From Vibrio phage 150E35-1: a stretch of 24,000 bases of DNA. Below, in pieces: positions 1-8,638 of the stretch. Positions within the stretch are counted from its first letter, which is position 1. Every line of letters begins with the position of its first letter. Where the stretch lies: the sequence record OX241562.1; one strand, written 5' to 3'. The notes beneath the pieces were generated by a model. It was not told where the DNA came from. It saw only the letters and a list, made by a program, of their open reading frames with translations, and did not search any database. The position numbers were made by a program, and so were the translations under genes.

Positions 1-696
1 GAAGTACAAGCTATCCAGACTCAGTTGGACGCTATGGTCGAGGTACCATCAGACGAGGAAGTGGTAGCAATTAAGTCTAAATTAGTAGAACTGCAGCAAG
101 AGATCGGATCAGTGCAAGCTAAGAAGTCTCAAGCAGTGCAGAACAATTCACAGCTAGATAAACTTAAGGGATTCCATGAGAAACTTCGCGAGATGCAAAG
201 TAGTCTGGAGGATGCAAAGATTCTGGTCGAGCCGCTTGAATCATACATTGAACTTACGTCGAACTCAGGTGTCGTCGTCCGATCAATCCTCGAAACATGT
301 GCAGAAATGCTCTCAAACGAGAAATTGATGGTTAAGACTACGAAGGAGCTACGTGGTGGTGATGTACGTCCAGATCTAACTCTATCTATGAAAGTAGGTA
401 AGAAGTGGGTTGACTACAATAACCTATCAGGTGGTCAGTTGTTCGTTAGTGATATCCGATTCCTACTATCTATCATTGAGGTAGCTGGTGGTACTGGACT
501 ATTGATCCTAGACGAAGCTTTCAAATTCCTGTCTCCATCTCACATCGATGAGCTGGCAGATGAGATTGAAGTGTGTAAAGCTAGAGATGTGATAGTTGTC
601 ACACATAACGATAATTATCCCCAGTGTAATCGTATCGTACGTGCTGTTCTGGATGAGGATGGTATCAGTAGATATACTGAAGTACTTAACGGTTAG
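1..696 (+). CDS. SMC/Rad50 (T4 gp46)-like recombination ATPase, C-terminal part; 5' end lies upstream of the window
   Basis: Frame is open from base 1 (EVQAIQTQLDAM...). Coiled-coil-like N-terminal segment, ABC signature 'LSGGQ' and Walker B 'GLLILDEAF', followed by an H-loop-like 'IVVTHN'. Confidence 0.85.
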   Translation, partial: EVQAIQTQLDAMVEVPSDEEVVAIKSKLVELQQEIGSVQAKKSQAVQNNSQLDKLKGFHEKLREMQSSLEDAKILVEPLESYIELTSNSGVVVRSILETCAEMLSNEKLMVKTTKELRGGDVRPDLTLSMKVGKKWVDYNNLSGGQLFVSDIRFLLSIIEVAGGTGLLILDEAFKFLSPSHIDELADEIEVCKARDVIVVTHNDNYPQCNRIVRAVLDEDGISRYTEVLNG

Positions 697-702
697 TAAA
701 TT

Positions 703-726
703 ATAGGGAGGCTTCGGTCTCCCTAT
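703..726 (+). terminator. Hairpin with UUCG tetraloop, terminator-like
   Basis: ATAGGGAGGC-TTCG-GTCTCCCTAT, directly after the upstream CDS; only a weak T-rich tail. Confidence 0.6.
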
Positions 727-749
727 CTCATTTAATATAAGGATAGAGT

Positions 750-1190
750 ATGAGTTATGCAGACAGATGTGGGCATGATTTACCACCCTCTCATGAAGAG
801 TATGATGCAACTCCACCATGGGTAATTCCAGTATCAGTGATAATCTGTAGTAATAATGAACTAGATGATCTCACGGAACGATCCACTACTAAAGCTATTT
901 ATGTGCAGACCGCCAAGGGTATGCAATGGATAGCAATTTCCCAGATTATACGTAGTGGTGGTAAGGTAAAAGTACCTCGCTGGATGTATGATCGATGGGT
1001 GCCTAATACTAAGATTATCCAGAGAGATGAAGTAGTCGTAGTCGATACAATAACTGGACATGCGTTCGATACGGATGAGCTAGACATTCAAGATCAGTTA
1101 GATACTCACAATGATTACCTAGCTTCTAACGAGTACGCTGATGAAGTGTACAACCTATTCATGAAACACTACGAAGTAGAGATACTATAA
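750..1190 (+). CDS. hypothetical protein
   Basis: ORF of 146 aa with upstream 'aaggatagagt'; its TAA overlaps the next ATG. Confidence 0.7.
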   Translation: MSYADRCGHDLPPSHEEYDATPPWVIPVSVIICSNNELDDLTERSTTKAIYVQTAKGMQWIAISQIIRSGGKVKVPRWMYDRWVPNTKIIQRDEVVVVDTITGHAFDTDELDIQDQLDTHNDYLASNEYADEVYNLFMKHYEVEIL

Positions 1191-1636
1191 TGAACAAGCA
1201 ATTACTAGGTACATTCTTCACTGAAGATCAAGTCTCACATGAGATGGTTCAAATTCGTTGTACTAATGGTGGTAGCATGTACCACACTACCAATGCATCA
1301 GCTGATAAAGCTATCCAGATTCTTAAAGCTGACATGGTTATACCTGCTGTCGAGAGACTATGGAGAATGAGTAAGGAGTGTGATGAATTAGATCTAGATA
1401 TCCACGACTACCTTCGTGAAGTTCTGGATATTACGGAGAAGCGTATGTTAGTCTTCGGATTTAACTACAAAGGTGATGGACTACTTCTAGGAGGTATCTC
1501 CTACAATATCGTATCTCAAGCATTCGAACCTGTCGGAACTATGACCTCACTTCTTTACGATATGTTAGAAGAAGTATGTAAAGAAATGGGTGACAAGTGG
1601 GACGCCCTACGTAAGATGAAACCTGCTATACTTTAA
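1190..1636 (+). CDS. hypothetical protein
   Basis: ORF of 148 aa; start overlaps the preceding stop (TAATG). Confidence 0.7.
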   Translation: MNKQLLGTFFTEDQVSHEMVQIRCTNGGSMYHTTNASADKAIQILKADMVIPAVERLWRMSKECDELDLDIHDYLREVLDITEKRMLVFGFNYKGDGLLLGGISYNIVSQAFEPVGTMTSLLYDMLEEVCKEMGDKWDALRKMKPAIL

Positions 1637-1699
1637 CGGCTTATCAAGCCCTCACGACCTTGCTAGGTGTATTTGGTTAACGATTAATAAGGAAAAACC

Positions 1700-2452
1700 A
1701 TGAAAACTCGTAAGTTATTTGTATGTAATGGCACTGGTAACGGTAAGTCTACTCTACTTGACCGTATCAAAGGTATTGGTTATGGTGATGTAGTTCTTCA
1801 TCATGACGTATCAGCTACTGCTCTGAAAGGCGATGCTAAGGCTCAAGCTGAGTTTAACTTACGCCAGACTCGTCTTATCGGTCATATCTGGGCTGCACAG
1901 ACTGGTGGCAAGAAAGATGATGCAACTCTTCACGTGTATGATAGAAGTGTTCTTGATTACATGGATGCATCATTGCGTTCGAATAACATCAAAGCGTACA
2001 ATGCTGCAATGTCACGTTGGACGAATAGTGTGCTCCGACCTACTCCAGAATTCTGGGATGGTTGTACATTCGTAGTAGCACCTACTCCAACTTTAGCATT
2101 GATGCAAGAGAACTGGGAGTACTACCTAGTCGGTAAGCGTGGCGAGTACTGGAGTGGTGTACTAGGTGTGGACTTCGTATCGATCCCTAACGAAGTAGCT
2201 CATCGTACTGAACTTCTTTCTCGTATTCATGAACAGATGGTACGTAGCGAAGCGTGGATCACTTCCCAGTTGAAGTATCTGGAACATAGTTGTCGAGCAC
2301 AAGGCTCCAATATTACAGTTATTAACTTCAATGAAGTATCTCGTTGCGTATATGACCGATTCGACGGATTCTACCGTTGGCAAGATATCGCTATCGCTAC
2401 TATGGACGCTACCCTTCGTGGTCTATCGGGACATGCTACTTATACAGCATAA
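1700..2452 (+). CDS. P-loop NTPase/kinase-like protein (possibly deoxynucleotide kinase)
   Basis: N-terminal Walker A-like 'CNGTGNGKSTLLDRI', later 'VYDRSVLDYMD'; RBS 'aaggaaaa'. Confidence 0.6.
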   Translation: MKTRKLFVCNGTGNGKSTLLDRIKGIGYGDVVLHHDVSATALKGDAKAQAEFNLRQTRLIGHIWAAQTGGKKDDATLHVYDRSVLDYMDASLRSNNIKAYNAAMSRWTNSVLRPTPEFWDGCTFVVAPTPTLALMQENWEYYLVGKRGEYWSGVLGVDFVSIPNEVAHRTELLSRIHEQMVRSEAWITSQLKYLEHSCRAQGSNITVINFNEVSRCVYDRFDGFYRWQDIAIATMDATLRGLSGHATYTA

Positions 2453-2514
2453 CCCGAAAGCGCCCTAACCAGCCAAAGTTAAAAAGAAACGCTTCAGTTA
2501 GGGCGGAATGGGGT
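2452..2514 (+). repeat. Dispersed hairpin family 1, chimeric copy (left arm type A, right arm type B)
   Basis: Left ACCCGAAAGCGCCCTAAC; right GTTAGGGCGGAATGGGGT. The inner 9 bp and the outer ends pair, the middle does not. Confidence 0.7.
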
Positions 2515-2519
2515 AATCT

Positions 2520-2582
2520 ACCCGAAAGCGCCCTAACCAGCCCGTCTTTTAAATTCCGAACATAGTTGGGGCGCTTTCGGGT
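2520..2582 (+). terminator. Dispersed hairpin family 1, type A/A; probable terminator
   Basis: ACCCGAAAGCGCCCTAAC ... GTTGGGGCGCTTTCGGGT, 18-bp stem with one G.U. Confidence 0.7.
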
Positions 2583-2606
2583 GTCTCACATAAATTGAGT
2601 ATAATT

Positions 2607-3366
2607 ATGACAAGAAGACACCACACATACATTATAACGAATACGATAACTGGTATGGTATACATTGGAAAACCATACAGGTGATCTTAGATCGGACGGT
2701 AGTGATGAGTTTTCACCCTTTATGGATGACTACCGTGGATCTTCTCATAACAGACACTTTTGGAATTCAGTTAAAAAGAACGGATGGGTTTCATTTACAA
2801 TGGTGATAGATGAATCCTTCGACTCGATAGAGGAGTGCAATACTAGGGAGCGTAATCTTATCAAACCTCTATTAGGTACTGGTAAGTGTTATAATATAGC
2901 TCCAGGAGGTGCAGGAGGATTCACATCAGAGATGCAAGTAAAAGCTAACGCATCTCGATCACCTGAAGCTAAGCGTGCTGCTCAGGAGAAAGCTAAAGCT
3001 ACCATGGGTGCTGAAGGCATGAGCAGACGAGCTAAGAAAACTGCTAGAACTATGGGTAGTGCTCGACTATCAGAGAGATCCAGACTAGGTATGAATAATT
3101 ACGTTAGTACTCTAGATGAGGAAGGTCGTAAGGCAATGACGGAGCCTATGAATACTATGAGTGAAGAAGCTCGTAAGTTGAGGACTAAGAAGGGTAATGA
3201 GACACTAGGACCTGAAGGTCGAAGTGCTCGACAGAAGAAAGCTGCTGCTACTCGTGCAGCTAATGGTAGAACTGCTACTAGTTGCCCTCATTGTGGATTC
3301 ACTAGGAAAAACTGGTACTCTAAGTACAAATTAGAACATTTCGAATATTGTAAGGACAAGAAATAA
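2607..3366 (+). pseudogene. GIY-YIG homing-type endonuclease with +1 frame change (segments 2607-2681 and 2683-3366)
   Basis: Frame 2607 encodes MTRRHHTYIITNTITGMVYIGKPYR* (GIY-YIG core). Skipping T2682 continues into DLRSDGSDEFSPF...YRGSSHNRHFWNSVKKNGW...CYNIAPGGAGG..., then repeated basic helical NUMOD-like segments and a C-terminal Cys/His cluster (CPHCG...HFEYC). Confidence 0.75.
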
Positions 3367-4004
3367 TGAATGTATCAAACGTATTAGTAATTGCAAATAA
3401 GCTAGCGACAACTCGTCGTTACTCTAACTCACGACTTATCCAGGATGAGAATCTTCTGGAGCATGTAGGTTTCGTTTCATTCTTCGCTCTGACTACTGCT
3501 AGAGAGCTGAACTCCGTAAAACCTAACTCAATTGACATGGCTGAGGTGCTGGAGAAGGCTATTCTCCATGACTTAGAAGAATGTGAAACTGGAGATACTC
3601 CAAGACCCACCAAGTACTATAGTAAAGAAGTACGTCAAGCATTCGAAGTGGTAGAGTCTGCAGGTGTTGATAAAGTATTAGAAGATATGCAACTACTACC
3701 TGAAACTGCTGACTTCATGAAACATACGTGGGTAGCTGCTAAAGATGCAAAGTCTGGCTCAGTCATTAAACTAGCGGATATTGCAGCTGTTATCTACAAG
3801 ATGCACTCAGAAGTTACACTAATGGGTAACTTATCCATGCTGCATACTTGTCGATCCGTCCCAGAGTACCTACGTGATATTCGCACAGTACTAGAACTTG
3901 TCTGGGATGATAATACTGATGCTCTTAAGTACTTAATGAGTATCTGTGATCAACTTAATGAATTAGCAGTTGTTGCTACCTCTCGTGGTAATGGAGTATT
4001 ATAA
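3366..4004 (+). CDS. HD-domain YfbR-like 5'-deoxynucleotidase
   Basis: R(R)YSN..LIQDENLLEHVGFVSFF, 'AILHDLEECETGDTPRPTKYYS', 'IKLADIAAVIY': the HD pattern of the YfbR-like family. Start overlaps the previous stop. Confidence 0.75.
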   Translation: MNVSNVLVIANKLATTRRYSNSRLIQDENLLEHVGFVSFFALTTARELNSVKPNSIDMAEVLEKAILHDLEECETGDTPRPTKYYSKEVRQAFEVVESAGVDKVLEDMQLLPETADFMKHTWVAAKDAKSGSVIKLADIAAVIYKMHSEVTLMGNLSMLHTCRSVPEYLRDIRTVLELVWDDNTDALKYLMSICDQLNELAVVATSRGNGVL

Positions 4005-4006
4005 TC

Positions 4007-5161
4007 ATGGCACATTTAGATTCATTCGTAAAACTAGTATCTGATACTGATGATCGTGAATCAGCATGGCGTATGTCTCGTCCTAATATCCTACCAGGAG
4101 AACCTGTTGATGTTGGTGCATTCAGTAAAGCTGACTTCGGTATTAATGACCAACGTTACGTTCGTCTTCACTTCCGATCGTCTGTACTATTCCGTGAACT
4201 TCTAATGACGGTACGTGGTGCACAACCATGGGCACAGACTTCACGTGTTAAGCCTATAATCGATACTAAGTTAAGTCATGAGTACGCAGGTCTGGATACT
4301 ACTAGTGAAGCTGAGCAGTCTATTCTACAGGCAGCAGCATCAGGTGCTCAAGATGTATCTCGACTAGATGTTCCAGTATCAGCATCAACTGAATACTACT
4401 GGGGAGCTCCTTGGCGTAGTGCAGTATGCTTCATCAAGACTCTGGAGCGTAAGTGTCCTAGTCTATTCTTGATCTACGGTATCGAGATGATGAAGTGCCT
4501 AGGTATTAATGATCTAGACTTCTACATGTACGATAGTAAAGGTGGTATGGATACCACTGTTGGATTCTCTGATGAAGATCATGATGCACCATTCGACTCG
4601 ATCACTGGATTCGGTACTACTATTACTAAGTTCCGTACTACATTAGGTCACTCGTCGCACTTCGTACGTCATGCACATAATCAGTACCGTTCGACTATCT
4701 GGGATATCGCTACGCAACCACTGAGCCAGCATAACGTTATCGACTCTCATGCATCAGTAGATGTTATCACAGCAATGCCTAAAGCTAGTCTGATGACTAT
4801 GTTATCACATCGTTCTTCATTCTTAGCAGACTGGAACGTATGGTCTAACTTCGTAGAAGCTAGTACTCGTGATTACACTACTAAAGAATTCTTCGAACTG
4901 ATTGATGATCCAATTTCATTCCTAGAAGATAACATGAAACGTGTTGAGCACATGGATCCAGGTCTACCTGATCCTTGGATTGTAGAAGATCCTAGCATGG
5001 TATCTCGTCGTATTGCTAAAGAAGGTACGAACTACATCGCTCAGCGTTATCTGGCTATGATTGATGAAGGTTATATCACGGATAACTCTGAGAACGTTCA
5101 CCGTAAGAAGTATGAGAGTATGTTCAATACTCCTACCCAATACACTAAGCATCACATCTAA
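4007..5161 (+). CDS. hypothetical protein; weak, unverified resemblance to ThyX-like thymidylate synthase proteins
   Basis: ORF of 384 aa. Segment 'LHFRSSVLFRELLMTVRGAQPWAQTSR' is the only hint; no clean ThyX signature. Confidence 0.45.
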   Translation: MAHLDSFVKLVSDTDDRESAWRMSRPNILPGEPVDVGAFSKADFGINDQRYVRLHFRSSVLFRELLMTVRGAQPWAQTSRVKPIIDTKLSHEYAGLDTTSEAEQSILQAAASGAQDVSRLDVPVSASTEYYWGAPWRSAVCFIKTLERKCPSLFLIYGIEMMKCLGINDLDFYMYDSKGGMDTTVGFSDEDHDAPFDSITGFGTTITKFRTTLGHSSHFVRHAHNQYRSTIWDIATQPLSQHNVIDSHASVDVITAMPKASLMTMLSHRSSFLADWNVWSNFVEASTRDYTTKEFFELIDDPISFLEDNMKRVEHMDPGLPDPWIVEDPSMVSRRIAKEGTNYIAQRYLAMIDEGYITDNSENVHRKKYESMFNTPTQYTKHHI

Positions 5162-5168
5162 CTAATAC

Positions 5169-5195
5169 GGCAAGGTTAGCCCGAATAACCTTGCC
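5169..5195 (+). terminator. Perfect 10-bp hairpin
   Basis: GGCAAGGTTA-GCCCGAA-TAACCTTGCC just after the 5161 stop. Confidence 0.6.
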
Positions 5196-5240
5196 TATTG
5201 AATTTCTCCAATTTGTAACATACGTAATAAGGAATAAATT

Positions 5241-5789
5241 ATGTCACGTGTAAAAACTACATCAGATAATACTAAAACCATGAAAGTGTACCTAGCTGGT
5301 CCTCTATTCAGTGAAGCAGATAACGCGGTACTGGATCGTGTGGAGGCATGTGTAGGAAGTAATGTACAGTTCCGATTCTTCTCTCCAAGACATGGTTCTG
5401 GTGGTAATCTTCGAGCTGTTGAAGGTGAACGTCGAGAAGCACTTGCTCAGCGCATCTACTCAGATAATATTGAGCAGCTGAATGATTGTGATATCATTCT
5501 CCTTAATATTGACAACTTCGATACTGGTACGATCTTCGAGATGGGCTATGCCTCAGCTCTTCGTGATACAGGTCAGCAGAAGGTAGTAATAACTTACTCT
5601 CCATCTGCCTACGGTCTAAATCTGATGTTGAATCACAGTAACGTAGCAGGACACTTCTTCTCAGTAGATGCAGTGGAGAACTTCTTCCAGACATGTACAG
5701 CGAAGAACTTATCAGAGCTGAAGTACGACCTACGTTTCGCATCATTCAATCTGAAAGATAACAAAGACGTAGAACGTGACGTCGAGTAG
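5241..5789 (+). CDS. nucleoside 2-deoxyribosyltransferase-like protein
   Basis: 'KVYLAGPLFSEAD', 'DNIEQLNDCDIILLNIDNFDTGTIFEMGYASAL': characteristic D..D..GT..E.G.A pattern. Confidence 0.85.
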   Translation: MSRVKTTSDNTKTMKVYLAGPLFSEADNAVLDRVEACVGSNVQFRFFSPRHGSGGNLRAVEGERREALAQRIYSDNIEQLNDCDIILLNIDNFDTGTIFEMGYASALRDTGQQKVVITYSPSAYGLNLMLNHSNVAGHFFSVDAVENFFQTCTAKNLSELKYDLRFASFNLKDNKDVERDVE

Positions 5790-5804
5790 TATCTAATTCC
5801 ATCC

Positions 5805-5829
5805 AAGCCTACCTACGGGTGGGCTTTTT
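5805..5829 (+). terminator. Rho-independent terminator
   Basis: AAGCCTACC-TACG-GGTGGGCTT followed by a T-tract. Confidence 0.85.
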
Positions 5830-5847
5830 AATTATAATGGTAAACCC

Positions 5848-6114
5848 ATGGATCGTAGTAAAGTAGAAAATGAAGTAGTTAATTATCTGAACGAAGAAGA
5901 GTACCATCTGGACATGTCTAGCACTATTGAATTAACTACATCAATGAGTGACCTGACTATGGACTCTTTAGATACAGTGGAGCTCGCTATGGAACTAGAA
6001 GAACGCCTAGACATGCAGTTCATCCCTGAAGATCCTATTAATTCCATACTAGACGATGACGACAAAACTGTCGCTGATCTAGTATCTCTAATTATCAATC
6101 ATGGTGAAGATTAA
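5848..6114 (+). CDS. acyl carrier protein
   Basis: 88 aa, highly acidic, with phosphopantetheine-site motif 'DLTMDSLDTVELAMELEERLDMQFI'. Confidence 0.85.
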   Translation: MDRSKVENEVVNYLNEEEYHLDMSSTIELTTSMSDLTMDSLDTVELAMELEERLDMQFIPEDPINSILDDDDKTVADLVSLIINHGED

Positions 6115-6686
6115 TGACTATTGAAGTAAGCGTACTTAATTATGTACAACTGGCGATGCGTACTAACTCTACAGTAGTAGGTACCCACCCAGTACATCCT
6201 GACATTATCCACTCTGCACTAGGTATGGCCGATGAGATTCTTGAGCTACAAGAAGCTATCTCCAAACGTGATACACCTAACATTGGTGAAGAGATCGGTG
6301 ACCTTTGTTGGTTCTACGCACTGGCTGGTAACGACCTAGCTACGTCGATTGATATATTCTGGATAGATGATCCTAAGTTCGACACTGTAAACGTTGAACG
6401 TTATCTAGGTCGTGCTATCAATACTTACGTATCTCATGTTAAGAAGGCTTACGCTTATGGTAAACCTTATCTAGAAGAAGATCGTCTCAAGCACTTACTG
6501 ATGATCTGGGCATGTCTCACTGAAGTCGCTAAGAAGTACAACTTCAATATCGAAGACATCATGCAGACTAACATCGAGAAACTACGTATCCGATTCCCAG
6601 ATAAGTTCACGACTGATGCTGCGGATTCTCGTAATCTAGATGCGGAACGTGAACTGCTTGAATCTGCAGTCATCAGTGTTCAGTAG
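6114..6686 (+). CDS. MazG-like nucleotide pyrophosphohydrolase
   Basis: 'ADEILELQEAISKRDTPNIGEEIGDLCWFYALA' matches the MazG-like EE..EL...E(I/L)GD pattern; TAATG overlap with the ACP gene. Confidence 0.75.
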   Translation: MTIEVSVLNYVQLAMRTNSTVVGTHPVHPDIIHSALGMADEILELQEAISKRDTPNIGEEIGDLCWFYALAGNDLATSIDIFWIDDPKFDTVNVERYLGRAINTYVSHVKKAYAYGKPYLEEDRLKHLLMIWACLTEVAKKYNFNIEDIMQTNIEKLRIRFPDKFTTDAADSRNLDAERELLESAVISVQ

Positions 6687-6792
6687 TAGTACTCATATGA
6701 AAGCGTCCTAGGCATTCTAGGGCGTTTCAGTATGACGGCTATTCCAGCCTCCTAACCCTTGCTAATTGAATTTCTAATAATAAGGACAATCC

Positions 6793-7950
6793 ATGCGTAT
6801 TGGTATTATCATGTATAACTATGAACCGAATGTAGGTTCATCTATTGCTCTAGGTCGACTGAAAAGTAGTCTGGAAAGTATGTCATCCAACAGCACTATC
6901 GATCTCATCAACGTAACGAAGAACCCATCGGATGTTGAAGGTTGTATCAACCATGTAGTAACTACCCCTTGGGGTGGTGCGGAGTATGATCATCTCCTTA
7001 TAAATGAGCCTACGTACGATGTCCAGAATGACTGGGTACGTGAGAACTACATTAAGCTGCTGAATTCTATCACAGCGAGTAGTCGTAGTCTATGGCTACA
7101 AGGTGAGTACACCACTATCACTAACGTTGATAAGATGATGCCATTCTACGAGAAGGTACTCCCGACTATCCAGACTATCTACACTATTGCACCTGCACTG
7201 TATGAAGTGATCTTCAAGAACATCATCAGCAAAGTTCCTAAACTACTTCCTGGTGGACCATACATCAGTATGCTACCTGGATGTGGTATCCTGAATACTG
7301 TACCTAATGTTCAGCTAAGTGATAAGTACGTTAACCGTATCGGTTATTGTGCACGAGTCACCTCTATGAAGAAGCCAGTATTCTTCGTACGTCTAATGGC
7401 TGCCCTCCAGAAGATCGACCCTACGCTAGGTTTCGATATCATGGGTAGAATCGAGCCAGGTATTCAGAACGTAACTCTACAAGAGAATGTGGAGAAGTGT
7501 GGCTACGTCTGGGGTGAAATCTACAAAGGTGAGTTCCTATCTAAGCCTCACGATACAGTCCCTGGACGCTACGTATCTCCAGTAGCGGATTACCTATTCA
7601 ACTGGTCATGTTCAATGATCGGTCGTGGTAATGCATGTAACCTAGCTCCTCGTATTGAGTTGACTACTATCGAAGCGTGGCAACAAGGTACGATCCCTAT
7701 CCTATTCGAAGAGACTGTTCCAGATTACATCCCTAAAGATGCATACATCTCTCTTACGTGGCTAAATATCAATACTGTACGTAAAGATATTGACTCAGAA
7801 GCTGCCAAGGTACTGGATCAGATGCGTACTATCCAGTCTAAGACTCCTGAGCAGTTGCATGATATCTGTAAGAATGCTCTGGAGAGTACTATGCGTGGTT
7901 GGGGTGTTGAGTGTAACTATCAATCATTCCTTGACTCAGCTAAGGGGTAG
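6793..7950 (+). CDS. glycosyltransferase-like protein (putative GT-B fold)
   Basis: 385 aa; N-terminal 'RIGIIMYNYEPNVGSSIALGRL' and C-terminal 'TTIEAWQQGTIPILFEE', reminiscent of the GT-B donor-binding region. Confidence 0.6.
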   Translation: MRIGIIMYNYEPNVGSSIALGRLKSSLESMSSNSTIDLINVTKNPSDVEGCINHVVTTPWGGAEYDHLLINEPTYDVQNDWVRENYIKLLNSITASSRSLWLQGEYTTITNVDKMMPFYEKVLPTIQTIYTIAPALYEVIFKNIISKVPKLLPGGPYISMLPGCGILNTVPNVQLSDKYVNRIGYCARVTSMKKPVFFVRLMAALQKIDPTLGFDIMGRIEPGIQNVTLQENVEKCGYVWGEIYKGEFLSKPHDTVPGRYVSPVADYLFNWSCSMIGRGNACNLAPRIELTTIEAWQQGTIPILFEETVPDYIPKDAYISLTWLNINTVRKDIDSEAAKVLDQMRTIQSKTPEQLHDICKNALESTMRGWGVECNYQSFLDSAKG

Positions 7951-7955
7951 ATTGA

Positions 7956-8120
7956 ATGTGCAACAACTTACCACCTGACGATGAAGAACAAGAGGTAGAT
8001 ACCCTCCACGACTGTGCCAGTTGTGGTCTACCTATCACTGCTGCAGTAGATGAATACAATGATGGCGAACAACGATGGCATCGTGATTGTGCTGTATCTG
8101 AACATGAGCTTATGGAGTAA
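7956..8120 (+). CDS. small putative zinc-binding protein (54 aa), absent from the ORF track
   Basis: ATG7956 to TAA8118-8120: MCNNLPPDDEEQEVDTLHDCASCGLPITAAVDEYNDGEQRWHRDCAVSEHELME; CxxC...HxxC ligands; SD-like 'aagggg'. Confidence 0.7.
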   Translation: MCNNLPPDDEEQEVDTLHDCASCGLPITAAVDEYNDGEQRWHRDCAVSEHELME

Positions 8121-8122
8121 TC

Positions 8123-8569
8123 ATGAGTACTAAGAAGAACATTAAAGTAGCATTCACCTGCGGTTCATTCGACCTATGTCACTATGGGCATCACTTGATG
8201 TTCGAAGAAGCTAAGAGTCAGTGTGACTACTTACTGGTAGGTCTACAAACTGATCCTACTATCGATCGTAAAGATACTAAGAATAAACCTATCCAGACTA
8301 TGGAAGAGCGTCTTGGTCAACTTAAAGCTTGTAAGTACATCGACGGTATCGTAGTCTACAATACTGAAGAAGAACTACTTGACTACCTGACTCGTAGCGT
8401 TGATCATATTGACGTACGATTCGTAGGTGCAGACTGGAAAGGTAAGGAGTTTACTGGGTATGAATTACCTATCCCAGTGATCTTCAATAAACGTGACCAC
8501 GAATACTCGACCAGCTACTTGCGTACTCGTGTAGTAGAAGCTGCAGGTGATCAAGTCAAAGCTAAGTAA
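8123..8569 (+). CDS. glycerol-3-phosphate cytidylyltransferase (TagD)-like nucleotidyltransferase
   Basis: 'VAFTCGSFDLCHYGHHLMFEEAK' (HxGH), 'RFVGADWKG', 'YSTSYLRTR' (TSxxR-like). Confidence 0.85.
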   Translation: MSTKKNIKVAFTCGSFDLCHYGHHLMFEEAKSQCDYLLVGLQTDPTIDRKDTKNKPIQTMEERLGQLKACKYIDGIVVYNTEEELLDYLTRSVDHIDVRFVGADWKGKEFTGYELPIPVIFNKRDHEYSTSYLRTRVVEAAGDQVKAK

Positions 8570-8638
8570 TTCGATGGGTACGGCGGATTGAACCCTCGTA
8601 CCCTTGCTAATCAATTATAACTAACTGAGAATGGAATT

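Noticed and set aside
3366-6686. Diagnosis of a Z (2-aminoadenine) genome from HD + MazG-like genes
   Set aside because: No PurZ-like adenylosuccinate synthetase is present in the window and the HD protein looks YfbR-like rather than clearly DatZ. Kept only as an analogy.
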